This document shows, in pieces, positions 38,893 to 48,371 of a stretch of DNA of 64,000 nt (position 1 is the first letter of the stretch; every line of letters begins with the position of its first letter). The translations under genes were made by a program, and so were the position numbers. The notes under the pieces are model-generated. The model was given only the letters and a program-made list of their open reading frames with translations, did not search any database and was not told where the DNA came from. Location of the stretch: sequence record OZ035762.1. One strand, given 5' to 3'. The DNA comes from Felixounavirus LF82P1.

Positions 38893-39678
38893 ATGGGTAT
38901 TGTAAAAATCATCAATGGTGATATCTTTGCTGCATTTGATAAAGGTAAGTTTGACATCATTGGTCATGGTTGTAACTGCATGAACCTAATGGGCGCAGGT
39001 ATCGCTGACAAGATTTCTAAACTTTACCCAAAAGCATATGAGACCGATACAGAAGTTTATCTCTATGCAGGTGGTATAGGTCACAAACCCTGTGAGAATT
39101 TACTAGGTAATTTCTCTGTAGCACGCTTAAAACAAGGTCGTATAGCTAACCTTTACACTCAGCTTAAGACTGGTAAAGATGCCCGATACAGTGCTTTAGA
39201 GTCATCTTTGAAACAGCTTAACAGATACTGTGAAGTCAATCAGTTGAAGAAAGTTGGTTTACCTATGATTGGTGCAGGTATCGGTGGACTTGACCCTCAA
39301 GCCGTCACAGTTATCATCAATCAGGTGATGAAGAGTGTAGATGTTTATCTATATGTCTATGAAGGAGAGATGTACCACAAGTTACTCTCAGGTTGGAAGA
39401 ACTACTGTGAACCAGAATACTTTGCAGGTGTAGCAGTGTTCACAGATAACGCAGTTACCCTCTTCAGACGAAGAAAAGGTAAGATACATCAAAGTAACCC
39501 TCCGGTTGAAAAGATGTCTCTAAGTAACGCTCTAGTTACCCACCTGTCAAAGAGCAATCACAGAATTGCTGTAACATTTGGTAGTGATGCAGAAGCTTAT
39601 ATCTATGCAAGAACTGATGAGGATATTGAGGCAATCTTCTCTTCACCAGAAGTTACCTTCTTAGACGCAAAGAACTAA
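38893..39678 (+). CDS. macro-domain protein (ADP-ribose binding/processing)
   Basis: 261 aa; N-terminal IINGDIF..DIIGHGCNC..GAGIA pattern typical of macro domains; second Gly-rich stretch MIGAGIGG. Confidence 0.5.
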   Translation: MGIVKIINGDIFAAFDKGKFDIIGHGCNCMNLMGAGIADKISKLYPKAYETDTEVYLYAGGIGHKPCENLLGNFSVARLKQGRIANLYTQLKTGKDARYSALESSLKQLNRYCEVNQLKKVGLPMIGAGIGGLDPQAVTVIINQVMKSVDVYLYVYEGEMYHKLLSGWKNYCEPEYFAGVAVFTDNAVTLFRRRKGKIHQSNPPVEKMSLSNALVTHLSKSNHRIAVTFGSDAEAYIYARTDEDIEAIFSSPEVTFLDAKN

Positions 39679-40106
39679 GAAACTCTGTAGGATATTCACA
39701 ATAGCCTAAGCCTTTCTTATCTGGTAAATTTTTCAGGTAAGGAGGGCTTTTTCATTTCAGATTTGTGCAGGTAGATTTCTCTACAGAACTCTATAGAGAA
39801 AATTTTGAACTCCAAAGAGAAAATTCATTTTCAAACTGTGCAGGTAATCTCCAAAGAGCTTTTTCATTTTCAAAACGTGCAGACCCCGCTCAGGTCGGGC
39901 AAGAAAAATCATTTTAGAATTGTGCAGGTAGGTTTTTATAGACAGCCAGCCCAACCCCTCTCCCCCTCTTACTCCCCCTCTCCCCAAAAGTCAAGAGAAA
40001 AATTTGTAGCGGATTGAAAAATAATTCTTGATTTGCGTTCTGTTTTGTGGTAGTCGTGCGCACCCGTTTCATTACAGTTTTGCCAAAAATATTTTTAAAA
40101 TTTTTA

Positions 40107-40135
40107 TTGACTCTTTGAACGTGGTTATCTAATAT
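40107..40135 (+). promoter_or_regulatory. sigma70-like promoter TTGACT-N17-TAATAT
   Basis: Consensus-like -35/-10 with 17-nt spacer immediately upstream of first conserved leader cassette. Confidence 0.5.
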
Positions 40136-40198
40136 TTACATCAACGGGGAGGGAATGACCTTTCCCACTAAATAAAATCCTAAACTGGAGATTCAAAA

Positions 40199-40387
40199 AT
40201 GGCATCAAGAAAAATTAAAGTTGGCGATGAGGTTAACATTAAGCACGAATACTCTTACAAAATGCTAACTATACGCTCTTATAAGGTTTATCAGGTGGAA
40301 GCTATCCACAAAGATAATACTTTTTCCTTAAAAGGGTATAGCGAACGTTTCCCTGCTGAACTCTTTGAGAAATGGAGCGCGAAATAA
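40199..40387 (+). CDS. hypothetical small protein (array member)
   Basis: 62 aa; preceded by type A cassette. Confidence 0.45.
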   Translation: MASRKIKVGDEVNIKHEYSYKMLTIRSYKVYQVEAIHKDNTFSLKGYSERFPAELFEKWSAK

Positions 40388-40593
40388 TGCTTTACAGTCG
40401 TGAATTGATGGTTACAACTAACGTTAACACAAAGGTAAAACGTTTTTACATGCAAATTTGTGGCGTATGGTCTAGAATATCAGAAGCTGACTATTGCAAC
40501 TATGTAGAAACAGCTATAAACTCTAATTGCTACCTTACAAGAAATACTAAGAATTTTACAAGGCAAACAGCGATTTACTATTACGATAAATAA
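40387..40593 (+). CDS. hypothetical small protein (array member)
   Basis: ORF track 40372 trimmed to ATG overlapping upstream stop (TAATG). Confidence 0.4.
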   Translation: MLYSRELMVTTNVNTKVKRFYMQICGVWSRISEADYCNYVETAINSNCYLTRNTKNFTRQTAIYYYDK

Positions 40594-40683
40594 AAAGTAC
40601 TTTACATGGGGCTTATAGTTCGATAAAGTAAGCCCCAGATAAAGAGCTTTACCAAATTAACCCTTAAACTAGGAGATTCAAAA

Positions 40684-41064
40684 ATGGCATATCGTGCACC
40701 TAAATTCATCAACAAAGACAACTTTCGCAACGCACTGGAGAAGTCACTTGATGAAAATTTTAAAGGCAACATTATCGTTGTTCACGCATTCAATTTTAAG
40801 TATGATGTAAACGGGAATAGAATCAACCATTACACGGCAACCATGTTAGATGGCACACTATCAAGTGAAAAAGCTGTACTGAATGCACTTGCTGGACGTG
40901 GTAAAAACCTGATAAAATGCGATAAGAGACGTTATCAGGGTGGCGCATATGGTTATGATGATGCTATTTATCATCTTGAAAATATGGGCTATCAAGTAGA
41001 AAAAGCTGGAGCATCACAAATCATCGGTAGTGATGGTTATGTAACTATCTTCAAAATTAACTGA
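40684..41064 (+). CDS. hypothetical small protein (array member)
   Basis: 126 aa; type B cassette upstream. Confidence 0.45.
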   Translation: MAYRAPKFINKDNFRNALEKSLDENFKGNIIVVHAFNFKYDVNGNRINHYTATMLDGTLSSEKAVLNALAGRGKNLIKCDKRRYQGGAYGYDDAIYHLENMGYQVEKAGASQIIGSDGYVTIFKIN

Positions 41065-41152
41065 TAAAGTACTTTACAAGGGGCTTATAGTTCGATAAAG
41101 TAAGCCCCAGATAAAGAGCTTTACCACTAAATCCTAAATTGGAGATTCAAAA

Positions 41153-41410
41153 ATGGCTATTATCAAAAACGTTGTAATTCCTGCAAAAACTCGTGATGAC
41201 GCTCGCATCATGGCGAAAAAGTTAGGCGGGAAAGTGGTTGACAACGGAAAACAATCCGCTGTAAGGTGGAACGTGAAGTCGGATAAGCAATTAACCTTAA
41301 AACGTAATTCAAACAACCTTTTTAAAGGTGTAAAATCACTCGGTAAAGTGAACGTGTTTACCAAAAAAGGCTATAAAATGCACTTATCATTAACTGGCAA
41401 TTTAATCTGA
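41153..41410 (+). CDS. hypothetical small protein (array member)
   Basis: 85 aa; type B cassette upstream. Confidence 0.45.
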   Translation: MAIIKNVVIPAKTRDDARIMAKKLGGKVVDNGKQSAVRWNVKSDKQLTLKRNSNNLFKGVKSLGKVNVFTKKGYKMHLSLTGNLI

Positions 41411-41505
41411 TAAAGTACTTTACAAGGGGCTTAAAAGTTGGTATCTTAAGCCCCAGATAAAGAGCTTTACCACTAAATCAAGTCCTTAAACTAGGAGATT
41501 CAAAA

Positions 41506-42018
41506 ATGAAAACTGTAGACGCTACCTTTGAAGTTGTAAAAGAAAAATTTTCCATCATTTACGAAGCGGTAAATTGCTACGAAGCAAGCCATAATCTCGA
41601 TAATTGGGAGTTTACAAACGACCATCAAGGCGGTGTGACTGTTAAAAATCCCAACTGTCAGCGTAATGATTTTAAATATGCAATCCCTTTGCATTACAGC
41701 CTTAAACAGCTTTCAAGTGACTATGCAAAACAAGGCCGGGAAAATCCATCAAAAGAGGCTTACACAAGCTTACAGAAAGAACTAGAAAGAGATTTAGAGG
41801 CTTCAGAATACAACCTTGCCGCGAAAGTTGTCGATGCAAATGGTCAAACAATTTTAGACAGTTTTTATATCGGTTACGCTTTTGATTGGTGCTATAGTGA
41901 CGGCGATGATTTAGATGACAGGCTAAAAGAAGAAGTGAACAACTCAGACGCAGAATCTGAAGTATTAGAACGTTTGGAATCATTAAAAGACTCAGTGATG
42001 AATATCTTTAAGGACTAA
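41506..42018 (+). CDS. hypothetical protein (array member)
   Basis: 170 aa; type B cassette upstream. Confidence 0.45.
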   Translation: MKTVDATFEVVKEKFSIIYEAVNCYEASHNLDNWEFTNDHQGGVTVKNPNCQRNDFKYAIPLHYSLKQLSSDYAKQGRENPSKEAYTSLQKELERDLEASEYNLAAKVVDANGQTILDSFYIGYAFDWCYSDGDDLDDRLKEEVNNSDAESEVLERLESLKDSVMNIFKD

Positions 42019-42106
42019 ATAGATTTCTTTACACGGGGTTATCAAGCTGGTAAGATAGCCCCAGATAAAGAGCTTTACCACTAAATCCTAAACTGGAGAT
42101 TCTAAA

Positions 42107-42403
42107 ATGAAATTATCGAATAAAGTTCGTGAAAATCTAAGCAAGTTACTCAACAAAATTGATTTTATCGAGACATCAAGAAATAGTCATGATGTTATGG
42201 AATGGTTACACGGCAAAATAAAAGGCCGTCGTGTAGTGATTTGCTTATGGAATAGTTGCAGGGAATATAAAAAACCTGTATTGCAAGTTAATATTTATGA
42301 TGATACTTTTAAAAGTCCTGTAAAGTCTAAAAGCGATTTATTAGAATCCTATGAGATAACTGTAAATGGCAAAGTATCACGTAAAGAGGAAACACCATGT
42401 TAA
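42107..42403 (+). CDS. hypothetical small protein (array member)
   Basis: 98 aa; type B cassette upstream. Confidence 0.45.
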   Translation: MKLSNKVRENLSKLLNKIDFIETSRNSHDVMEWLHGKIKGRRVVICLWNSCREYKKPVLQVNIYDDTFKSPVKSKSDLLESYEITVNGKVSRKEETPC

Positions 42404-42729
42404 TGACTGGTATCACTGCAATCATTGCCATTTTCGCGCTATATAAGGCATATAAAGCCTATAATCTAGCAAATAAGGCAATCACACAGCAGGTCAGCAA
42501 TAACCTTGTAGAGAGCTTTCTAGGGCGTCTCAGTGATGAGCAAATAAAGCGGCTAGAGATGAGCTTCAGATACAAAGCGAAAACCTATCAGATAAGTGAC
42601 ATCTTCAAAGATGATTTTCAGTTAATCGATGATTATAATTCACTAATAAATGCTTTAAATATCAGTGACTTAAAAGACTACTACGCTGTAATTGTTCAAG
42701 AATTGAGCAAACGAAAACAAAACTGTTGA
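42397..42729 (+). CDS. hypothetical small membrane protein (array member)
   Basis: 110 aa; N-terminal hydrophobic segment; overlaps upstream stop. Confidence 0.4.
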   Translation: MLMTGITAIIAIFALYKAYKAYNLANKAITQQVSNNLVESFLGRLSDEQIKRLEMSFRYKAKTYQISDIFKDDFQLIDDYNSLINALNISDLKDYYAVIVQELSKRKQNC

Positions 42730-42754
42730 CACTGGTTTTTAGATAGATTAAATT
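42726..42754 (+). promoter_or_regulatory. sigma70-like promoter TTGACA-N17-TAAATT
   Basis: Consensus -35 and A/T-rich -10 just upstream of type A leader. Confidence 0.5.
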
Positions 42755-42817
42755 ACACATCAACGGGGAGGGAATGACCTTCCCCACTAAATAAAGTCCT
42801 AAACTGGAGATTCTAAA

Positions 42818-43021
42818 ATGGCTATTATTAACGGTTTAACCATTGAAACTACACACATCAAAGATATCAAAGTTGGCGATATAGTCCTTTCCCACGGCGT
42901 AGAAAAAACTGTCACTGCAAAGGATATCAAAGAGGATTCTTTCATGGGTAGGACTCTTTTCGGTGATTCTTATTGCTTAGGTTACCTTGCAGTTTTAAAA
43001 GTTGTCAAAAATAACAAATAA
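42818..43021 (+). CDS. hypothetical small protein (array member)
   Basis: 67 aa; type A cassette upstream. Confidence 0.45.
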   Translation: MAIINGLTIETTHIKDIKVGDIVLSHGVEKTVTAKDIKEDSFMGRTLFGDSYCLGYLAVLKVVKNNK

Positions 43022-43105
43022 AGTACTTTACAAGGGGCTTATAAGTCTGTAAAGTAAGCCCCAGATAAAGAGCTTTACACAATCCTTAAACTAGGAGATT
43101 AAAAA

Positions 43106-43354
43106 ATGATGAATTATTTCAATATCCCTGATACCTGCCGACTGTTGACACGAGAAGAAAACTTGGGTAAACCTTTTCTTTACCACATGCCAGATAACAC
43201 ACCAAAAACTTATAGTTACAATGTCAACCGTTTTACCGCATACGCTGCAAAGAACGGTTATAAGTTGGTCACTCAAAAAGTAATGCTGGTTACAATCGCT
43301 GACGAGGTTCCTACGGTTGCAGTTAAACTAATTTTCTCAAAGAAAGTTAAATAA
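43106..43354 (+). CDS. hypothetical small protein (array member)
   Basis: 82 aa; type B cassette upstream. Confidence 0.45.
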   Translation: MMNYFNIPDTCRLLTREENLGKPFLYHMPDNTPKTYSYNVNRFTAYAAKNGYKLVTQKVMLVTIADEVPTVAVKLIFSKKVK

Positions 43355-43438
43355 AGTACTTTACAAGGGGCTTATAGTTCGATAAAGTAAGCCCCAGATA
43401 AAGAGCTTTACACAATCCTTAAACTAGGAGATTCAAAA

Positions 43439-43981
43439 ATGAAATGCTATCACGGAACTACTCAAGAAAATTTCCTCAACCTGATTAATAACGGTGATAA
43501 ACCATCAGGCGCATGGAATTGTTCGGATATGGACGGCAATTTTTACGTGTATCCAGAAAATAAAATCTATGGCGACGATGAGGAAGAAATAGCATCAGAG
43601 GGCATTCAGCAAGCTCTAGGCAATGCCACTATCACCGCAGCTTTTCAGATGAAGACTCAAAATATTGTTATCTTAGAACTCGATATTCCAGAGGATGAGC
43701 TAAATGATGATTATTCTTGTGATAATATGTCGAGTGTAGCAAGTTTTACAGAGTACTTTGATGTAAATTGGATTAAAAAGGTCTATACAACAGAGTTTAA
43801 CGCTATGTATTCACCTTTTTGTCTTCCTTCATTGGATAACCCAAATTTAAACTATCTTGATGAGTCTCTGGAGCTTCTTGCTAAAAGTGTTCAACAGTCG
43901 GACAGTATTCAGGTTTTTTGTGACATCATGGATACACTGACAGGAAACATTGCAGAAGAGGATTTAAAGAGCTTTTTCTAA
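43439..43981 (+). CDS. hypothetical acidic protein (array member)
   Basis: 180 aa; type B cassette upstream. Confidence 0.45.
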   Translation: MKCYHGTTQENFLNLINNGDKPSGAWNCSDMDGNFYVYPENKIYGDDEEEIASEGIQQALGNATITAAFQMKTQNIVILELDIPEDELNDDYSCDNMSSVASFTEYFDVNWIKKVYTTEFNAMYSPFCLPSLDNPNLNYLDESLELLAKSVQQSDSIQVFCDIMDTLTGNIAEEDLKSFF

Positions 43982-44047
43982 AAACCTATGCAATCACCTT
44001 ATAAACACTAATCAGCCCCTTGTAGGGGCTTTTAGAGGGCTTAAATC

Positions 44048-44281
44048 ATGCTTACAACCATTTACCTCATCCTTTCCATCTGTAATGGTCATTCATGTGA
44101 TTTTAAAGGGCTTGAAGAGTTTACAGGAAGTAAAGAAAATGCTATTCAAGTTTGCCAGATAGCAAGACAAGACTATCCCGCTAGTGATGATATACAATGT
44201 TACTTTAAGACAGAAGATGAAGACGGTATCTATTTTGACAGCGTAGATGGTCAGTATGAAATTATCATTGAAAAAGACTAG
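44048..44281 (+). CDS. hypothetical small protein (array member)
   Basis: 77 aa; preceded by hairpin AGCCCCTTGTAGGGGCT rather than conserved cassette. Confidence 0.4.
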   Translation: MLTTIYLILSICNGHSCDFKGLEEFTGSKENAIQVCQIARQDYPASDDIQCYFKTEDEDGIYFDSVDGQYEIIIEKD

Positions 44282-44372
44282 ACAAGCCTGATAAAAATCT
44301 GTAAATTGTCAATCAACGGGGAGGGAATGACCTTCCCCACTAAGTACAATCCTTAAACTAGGAGATTCAAAA

Positions 44373-44714
44373 ATGGCTTATGTAACCGTAATTACCGATA
44401 AAGAAAATTCATCTTGGTCAACTCAAGTAAGTGATAAGATGTCACCTATGCAGTGCCTAAAATACTTTGAACAGTGGAACAAAGGCGAGGACACAAGCCC
44501 CTTTCAAGTGATGCAGATTATCCATGTAGATAACGAAGGGAATAAAACGGTTTTAAATAGTGAGTACTACGCAAGCCGTTTTGAAACGAGAAGTAAAACA
44601 ATGAAGCTTTTACGTGAATCCGGTTACTCCCATATCGCCGCGCTAATCTGGGATGACCTGCTAAAAAGTCAGCGTATCAGCTATGTAAAACCTGAAAAAA
44701 TATTCATCAGTTAA
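44373..44714 (+). CDS. hypothetical small protein (array member)
   Basis: 113 aa; type A cassette upstream. Confidence 0.45.
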   Translation: MAYVTVITDKENSSWSTQVSDKMSPMQCLKYFEQWNKGEDTSPFQVMQIIHVDNEGNKTVLNSEYYASRFETRSKTMKLLRESGYSHIAALIWDDLLKSQRISYVKPEKIFIS

Positions 44715-44933
44715 TCAATAACTTACAAAAAACTTTTAAAAAAGTGTTGACAATACCCATTGACATTGGTAACTTTGTTCGAGGGGGTTATCTAAAAGGG
44801 ATTCACTTAAAAGATTCTTTATAGATAAGCTCAAAAAATTACTTGCAATCAACTATCAAAACAAGTAAATTACTAATCAACGGGAAGGCAATAACCTCCC
44901 CACTAAATAAAGTCCTAAACTGGAGATTCTAAA

Positions 44934-45464
44934 ATGAACAAATTTCAAGCTATCAACTTCATTCGTTCAAATGCTGTAATGTCTAAGCCTGTAAAAGATA
45001 CATACGAATTCCGTTGTAATGGGGTACATTTCGCAACAATCACCAAATCAGAAAACGGGGCTTATTACGTTCATCGTCGTAATGTCTCAACCGTTGTAGT
45101 CTCTCACTTTATGCAAGCTGTAGCGGAATTATTACCGTTATTCTTAGAGATTTATCTAGATGAGTGTAAAAACGTTCACAACCACGTTAAAAACCTTTTA
45201 AACGGTTATAAAATGGCTTATGAACGCTCTATCAAGTCACTAAACAAGTTTTACAATGCACCTGCAAATACTGTTTCAATGGCTTATGATGTAAACGGTG
45301 AGTTAGTTAGTCTCTTTAAAGTGGAAGAAATTAAACTGTATAATTTACGTCCTAGTGGTTACTCTAAGACTCTTGGTGAAGGTTTATCCTTTAATATCAA
45401 GAACTTAGAAAAAACTTTAAAAGACATTGAAAAAGATATTGACGAGACAATCAAAAGTCTGTAA
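44934..45464 (+). CDS. hypothetical protein (array member)
   Basis: 176 aa; variant type A cassette (GGGAAGG..CCTCCCC). Confidence 0.45.
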   Translation: MNKFQAINFIRSNAVMSKPVKDTYEFRCNGVHFATITKSENGAYYVHRRNVSTVVVSHFMQAVAELLPLFLEIYLDECKNVHNHVKNLLNGYKMAYERSIKSLNKFYNAPANTVSMAYDVNGELVSLFKVEEIKLYNLRPSGYSKTLGEGLSFNIKNLEKTLKDIEKDIDETIKSL

Positions 45465-45529
45465 ATTGTCAATCAACGGGGAGGGAATGACCTTCCCCAC
45501 TAAATAAAATCCTAAACTGGAGATTCAAA

Positions 45530-45793
45530 ATGGAACACGTCGAACTGACCACACTTTTACAAATTGCAACTGACAAAGAAGATGTAGCACTGTTTCACCG
45601 TATTGAAAGCGATTTGTTCAATGGTGAAATCATCAAAGAGTCTTACGAAGTTGTCGGATTCAAAGACGGTAAAGCGTTCGGATTCTTTGACCTCGACAAA
45701 GGCAAAGCGGTTACAAAATATGATGTTTTATCTTGTGAGATTCTGACAAAATACAACGAAAAAAGACTTGCAACATACGCCAACATGCAGTAA
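45530..45793 (+). CDS. hypothetical small protein (array member)
   Basis: 87 aa; type A cassette upstream. Confidence 0.45.
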   Translation: MEHVELTTLLQIATDKEDVALFHRIESDLFNGEIIKESYEVVGFKDGKAFGFFDLDKGKAVTKYDVLSCEILTKYNEKRLATYANMQ

Positions 45794-45859
45794 ATTACTA
45801 ATCAACGGGAGGCGATAACCTCCCCACTAAATAAAACCCTTAAACTAGGAGATTCAAAA

Positions 45860-46108
45860 ATGGCAACTATCCGCGCTACTGTCAATGCCTATGGCTGTTA
45901 TACTCTGGACGTTAAATTCGATATTGGTGGAACTGATGAGTGTTTTTCATTAGTGAAGACAGTTATCAAACAAGTTATTCCAGATTATAACCCTACTGAT
46001 GACTTCTGGAAAGATGCTGTAAAAGAGGTATTAAACGACGAGCATCACTATCATTACTGGGGTGACTTGATTGTTTCCCTGTACTACAATAAACAAGGTT
46101 ACAACTAA
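45860..46108 (+). CDS. hypothetical small protein (array member)
   Basis: 82 aa; variant type A cassette upstream. Confidence 0.45.
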   Translation: MATIRATVNAYGCYTLDVKFDIGGTDECFSLVKTVIKQVIPDYNPTDDFWKDAVKEVLNDEHHYHYWGDLIVSLYYNKQGYN

Positions 46109-46146
46109 TCGACGCAGCGGGGCTAAATAGCCCCAGATACCTCAAC

Positions 46147-46169
46147 AGCCCCTCATAGGGGCTTTTTTA
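46147..46169 (+). terminator. rho-independent terminator closing the small-gene array
   Basis: AGCCCCTC-ATAG-GGGCT + TTTTTT; preceded by second hairpin GGGGCTAAATAGCCCC. Confidence 0.6.
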
Positions 46170-46599
46170 CGTCTATCCAATCCTTATACAATCCCTTTCC
46201 CTCACCTTTCCAGAATCTTATCAGACCTTAAAAGCAATAACTCTATAGTCTACGCTATAACCTCTTATCAAATCAACTTAAATATAAGCCCATAACCCGA
46301 AAGGGAAGGGCAACCGTTTAAACGCTCTATAAAGCTCTATAACAGCCTTATCAACCTAACTTAAGGGATTGCATTAACTCACCCTAAAAAGCCCTTTATA
46401 AAGCTTCCCAGAGACTTAAAAGAATCTTATAAGGGTGTAAGCTTTATCGTCTCGTTAGTATTCTTGTGAATATCTAAAAAGGCTTGATAGTGTCTAAAAA
46501 GTATGTTATAGGGGCTATAAAGTTACTTTGAAGTAGCTTAAAAGTTACGTAAAAGAGGCTATAAAGATACGTAAATGCTAGCCCCCTTAACATCTTCTT

Positions 46600-47660
46600 A
46601 ACAAATTCTTAACAATCCCTACACAGTTATGCTTGTTAGAGACTTGTTAGTCCCTTGTTAAATCTCTGTTAAGACCACGTAAAAGCCTTGTAAGAGTCTT
46701 TGGCATAGCCTTTAAAGCTCCTGTAAAGCCTTATAAAAAGGTGTCTGCATAGTTGGGGTGTAATTACTAGGAAGAGGTTTAAAAGAGCTTACAAGGAGCT
46801 ATAGAGAGCTTTTAAAAGGGCTATTTAAAGAGTCACTAAGAGGGAAAGGGAACGATAAGAAAAGAGATAGTGACCGTGTTAATAGCTTGTTAAAAAGATT
46901 AGACACTTGTTAGAAACTTGTTAATTATCTTAACAAAATAACTCTTAAAAATTAACTTGTTAGCTCTTGTTAGTCATCTGTTAAGAGACTATAAAGACCA
47001 TGTATCGACTGTTAAGAACTTGTTACAGCTTTGTTAGTTCTGTTAAGAGTCTGTTAAGACCTCTGAAGAGATGTTAAGAGGATGTAATAGTTGTTAAGAG
47101 ATTGTTAATGATATTTTAAAATTCTGAAAAGGGGGGTGTTACAGGGATGTTAAGGGCTACCAAGCAGATATACATCTTCTACAGATATTTTTCAGTTCCT
47201 TCAGAGACCCTAAAAAATGACTTGATAGTCCTATTTTATAAAAATTTTAAGATTCTGAATAATTACCTATACAGCCTTTTAAAAATACAGGTAATAACAG
47301 GCTTATAAGATACCTTGTTAGTACCGTGTTAGACCTTGTGAGATAAGGTCTGTAAAGATATTCCTGTTAAGTTTGTTAAAACAGTCTATATAGAGGCTTA
47401 GTAGCACCTAGTGAACACCTATAGAGAGTATCATAGCTTACCTAGAGATTAAGAGGTGTATAGGAGCTTCTAAGAGGGTATAGAGAGAGGGTTAAGGTGA
47501 TTGTATAGGTTGTTAAGAAGGCTTGTTAGAGGGCTAGTTAGAAGGGTTATACAGAGGTCTATTAAGACCACTAGATAGATACTAAGATACTATATAGTAC
47601 TATATAACTATATAGAGAGTAAGATTAAGAAGGTTGTTAAGAAGGGTAGATATTTTGTTC
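46600..47660. repeat. ORF-free iteron-like region: more than 30 copies of YTGTTARR (TTGTTAAGA / TTGTTAGA) plus CTATAAAG/ATAGAGAG motifs
   Basis: No ORF of 60 aa or more on either strand between 46109 and 47747; dense short direct repeats in both orientations. Confidence 0.7.
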
Positions 47661-47711
47661 ACATATGATGGTGACCCAGAGGTTGGGACAACCGATAAAA
47701 TTTTATAAAAG

Positions 47712-47734
47712 TAAAAAGCCCCCAATTAAGGAGG
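47712..47734 (-). terminator. rho-independent terminator (minus strand)
   Basis: On minus strand: AGCCTCC-TTAATT-GGGGGCT hairpin followed by T-run. Confidence 0.5.
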
Positions 47735-47747
47735 CTCTTAAGATATT

Positions 47748-48371
47748 TTAAATCAGTGTTTCCAGAACTGTTTTTAGGGATGACTTAGTTGTCTGATAAA
47801 AATGAGTGAATCCGTTGTTATTATCGAATATCTGCATCATGATATCATCTCCCTTGATTGGATACACTCGGATATCATAGTGAAACCCATTAAAGACAGC
47901 AGAACCATTACAGAACACACTAAAATCATCCACTGAGATGTACTCTTCATGACCTGTGATTTTTATACAAACGCCTTTACTCGGTCTCTTAGGGTTGATA
48001 TCTTCCATCACAGAAATACTCTGTCCACCAAGAGATACCATAGTGACCACTTTACGGTTCTTCTGTTTAAAGTACATCTTAACTTTCTGCAAAGTGTCTT
48101 CATAGAATGGATAAGACCTTTCTACAAAGATTCCTTCAAGTGGCTCTTTACCATTTTCAACTTCTCGGTTATGCCGTACTGCAAAGATAATTTGTTCGAA
48201 CCAGTCAAGATTTTCTTCGGAGAGTGCTTCTCGAACATCACTCCAGTCAAGTACTAGGTAGTTACCTTCAACTTCTTTTAAGTTATCTTTTTCCATAGAT
48301 ATCACACCATTATCGTAAAACTTGATATTCTGGTACTGCGAATTTATTACTATTGTTCTTGATGAGGTCAT
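47748..48371 (-). CDS. hypothetical protein
   Basis: ORF track 207 aa; true start may be internal ATG at 48296. Confidence 0.45.
   Translation of the reverse strand: MTSSRTIVINSQYQNIKFYDNGVISMEKDNLKEVEGNYLVLDWSDVREALSEENLDWFEQIIFAVRHNREVENGKEPLEGIFVERSYPFYEDTLQKVKMYFKQKNRKVVTMVSLGGQSISVMEDINPKRPSKGVCIKITGHEEYISVDDFSVFCNGSAVFNGFHYDIRVYPIKGDDIMMQIFDNNNGFTHFYQTTKSSLKTVLETLI

Larger units (their letters stand above)
40137..45859 (+). repeat. array of 12+ conserved intergenic cassettes (promoter + hairpin + RBS leader) separating small ORFs
   Basis: Two cassette types: A = CAACGGGGAGGGAATGACCTTCCCCACTAAATAAAATCCTAAACTGGAGATTCAAAAATG; B = AAAGTACTTTACAAGGGGCTTATAGTTCGATAAAGTAAGCCCCAGATAAAGAGCTTTACC...GGAGATTCAAAAATG; hairpin stems show compensatory changes between copies. 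Confidence 0.75.

Noticed and set aside
40137-45859. Possibility that the regularly spaced conserved elements form a CRISPR array
   Set aside because: Repeat units are 60-90 bp, of two types, and are separated by 200-550 bp stretches that are open reading frames with RBS and start codons; no short uniform spacers. Interpreted as promoter/leader cassettes instead.
46109-47747. Hidden protein-coding gene in the 1.6-kb gap
   Set aside because: No ORF of 60 aa or more on any frame, and the sequence is dominated by short direct and inverted repeats; small peptides cannot be excluded but are unsupported.
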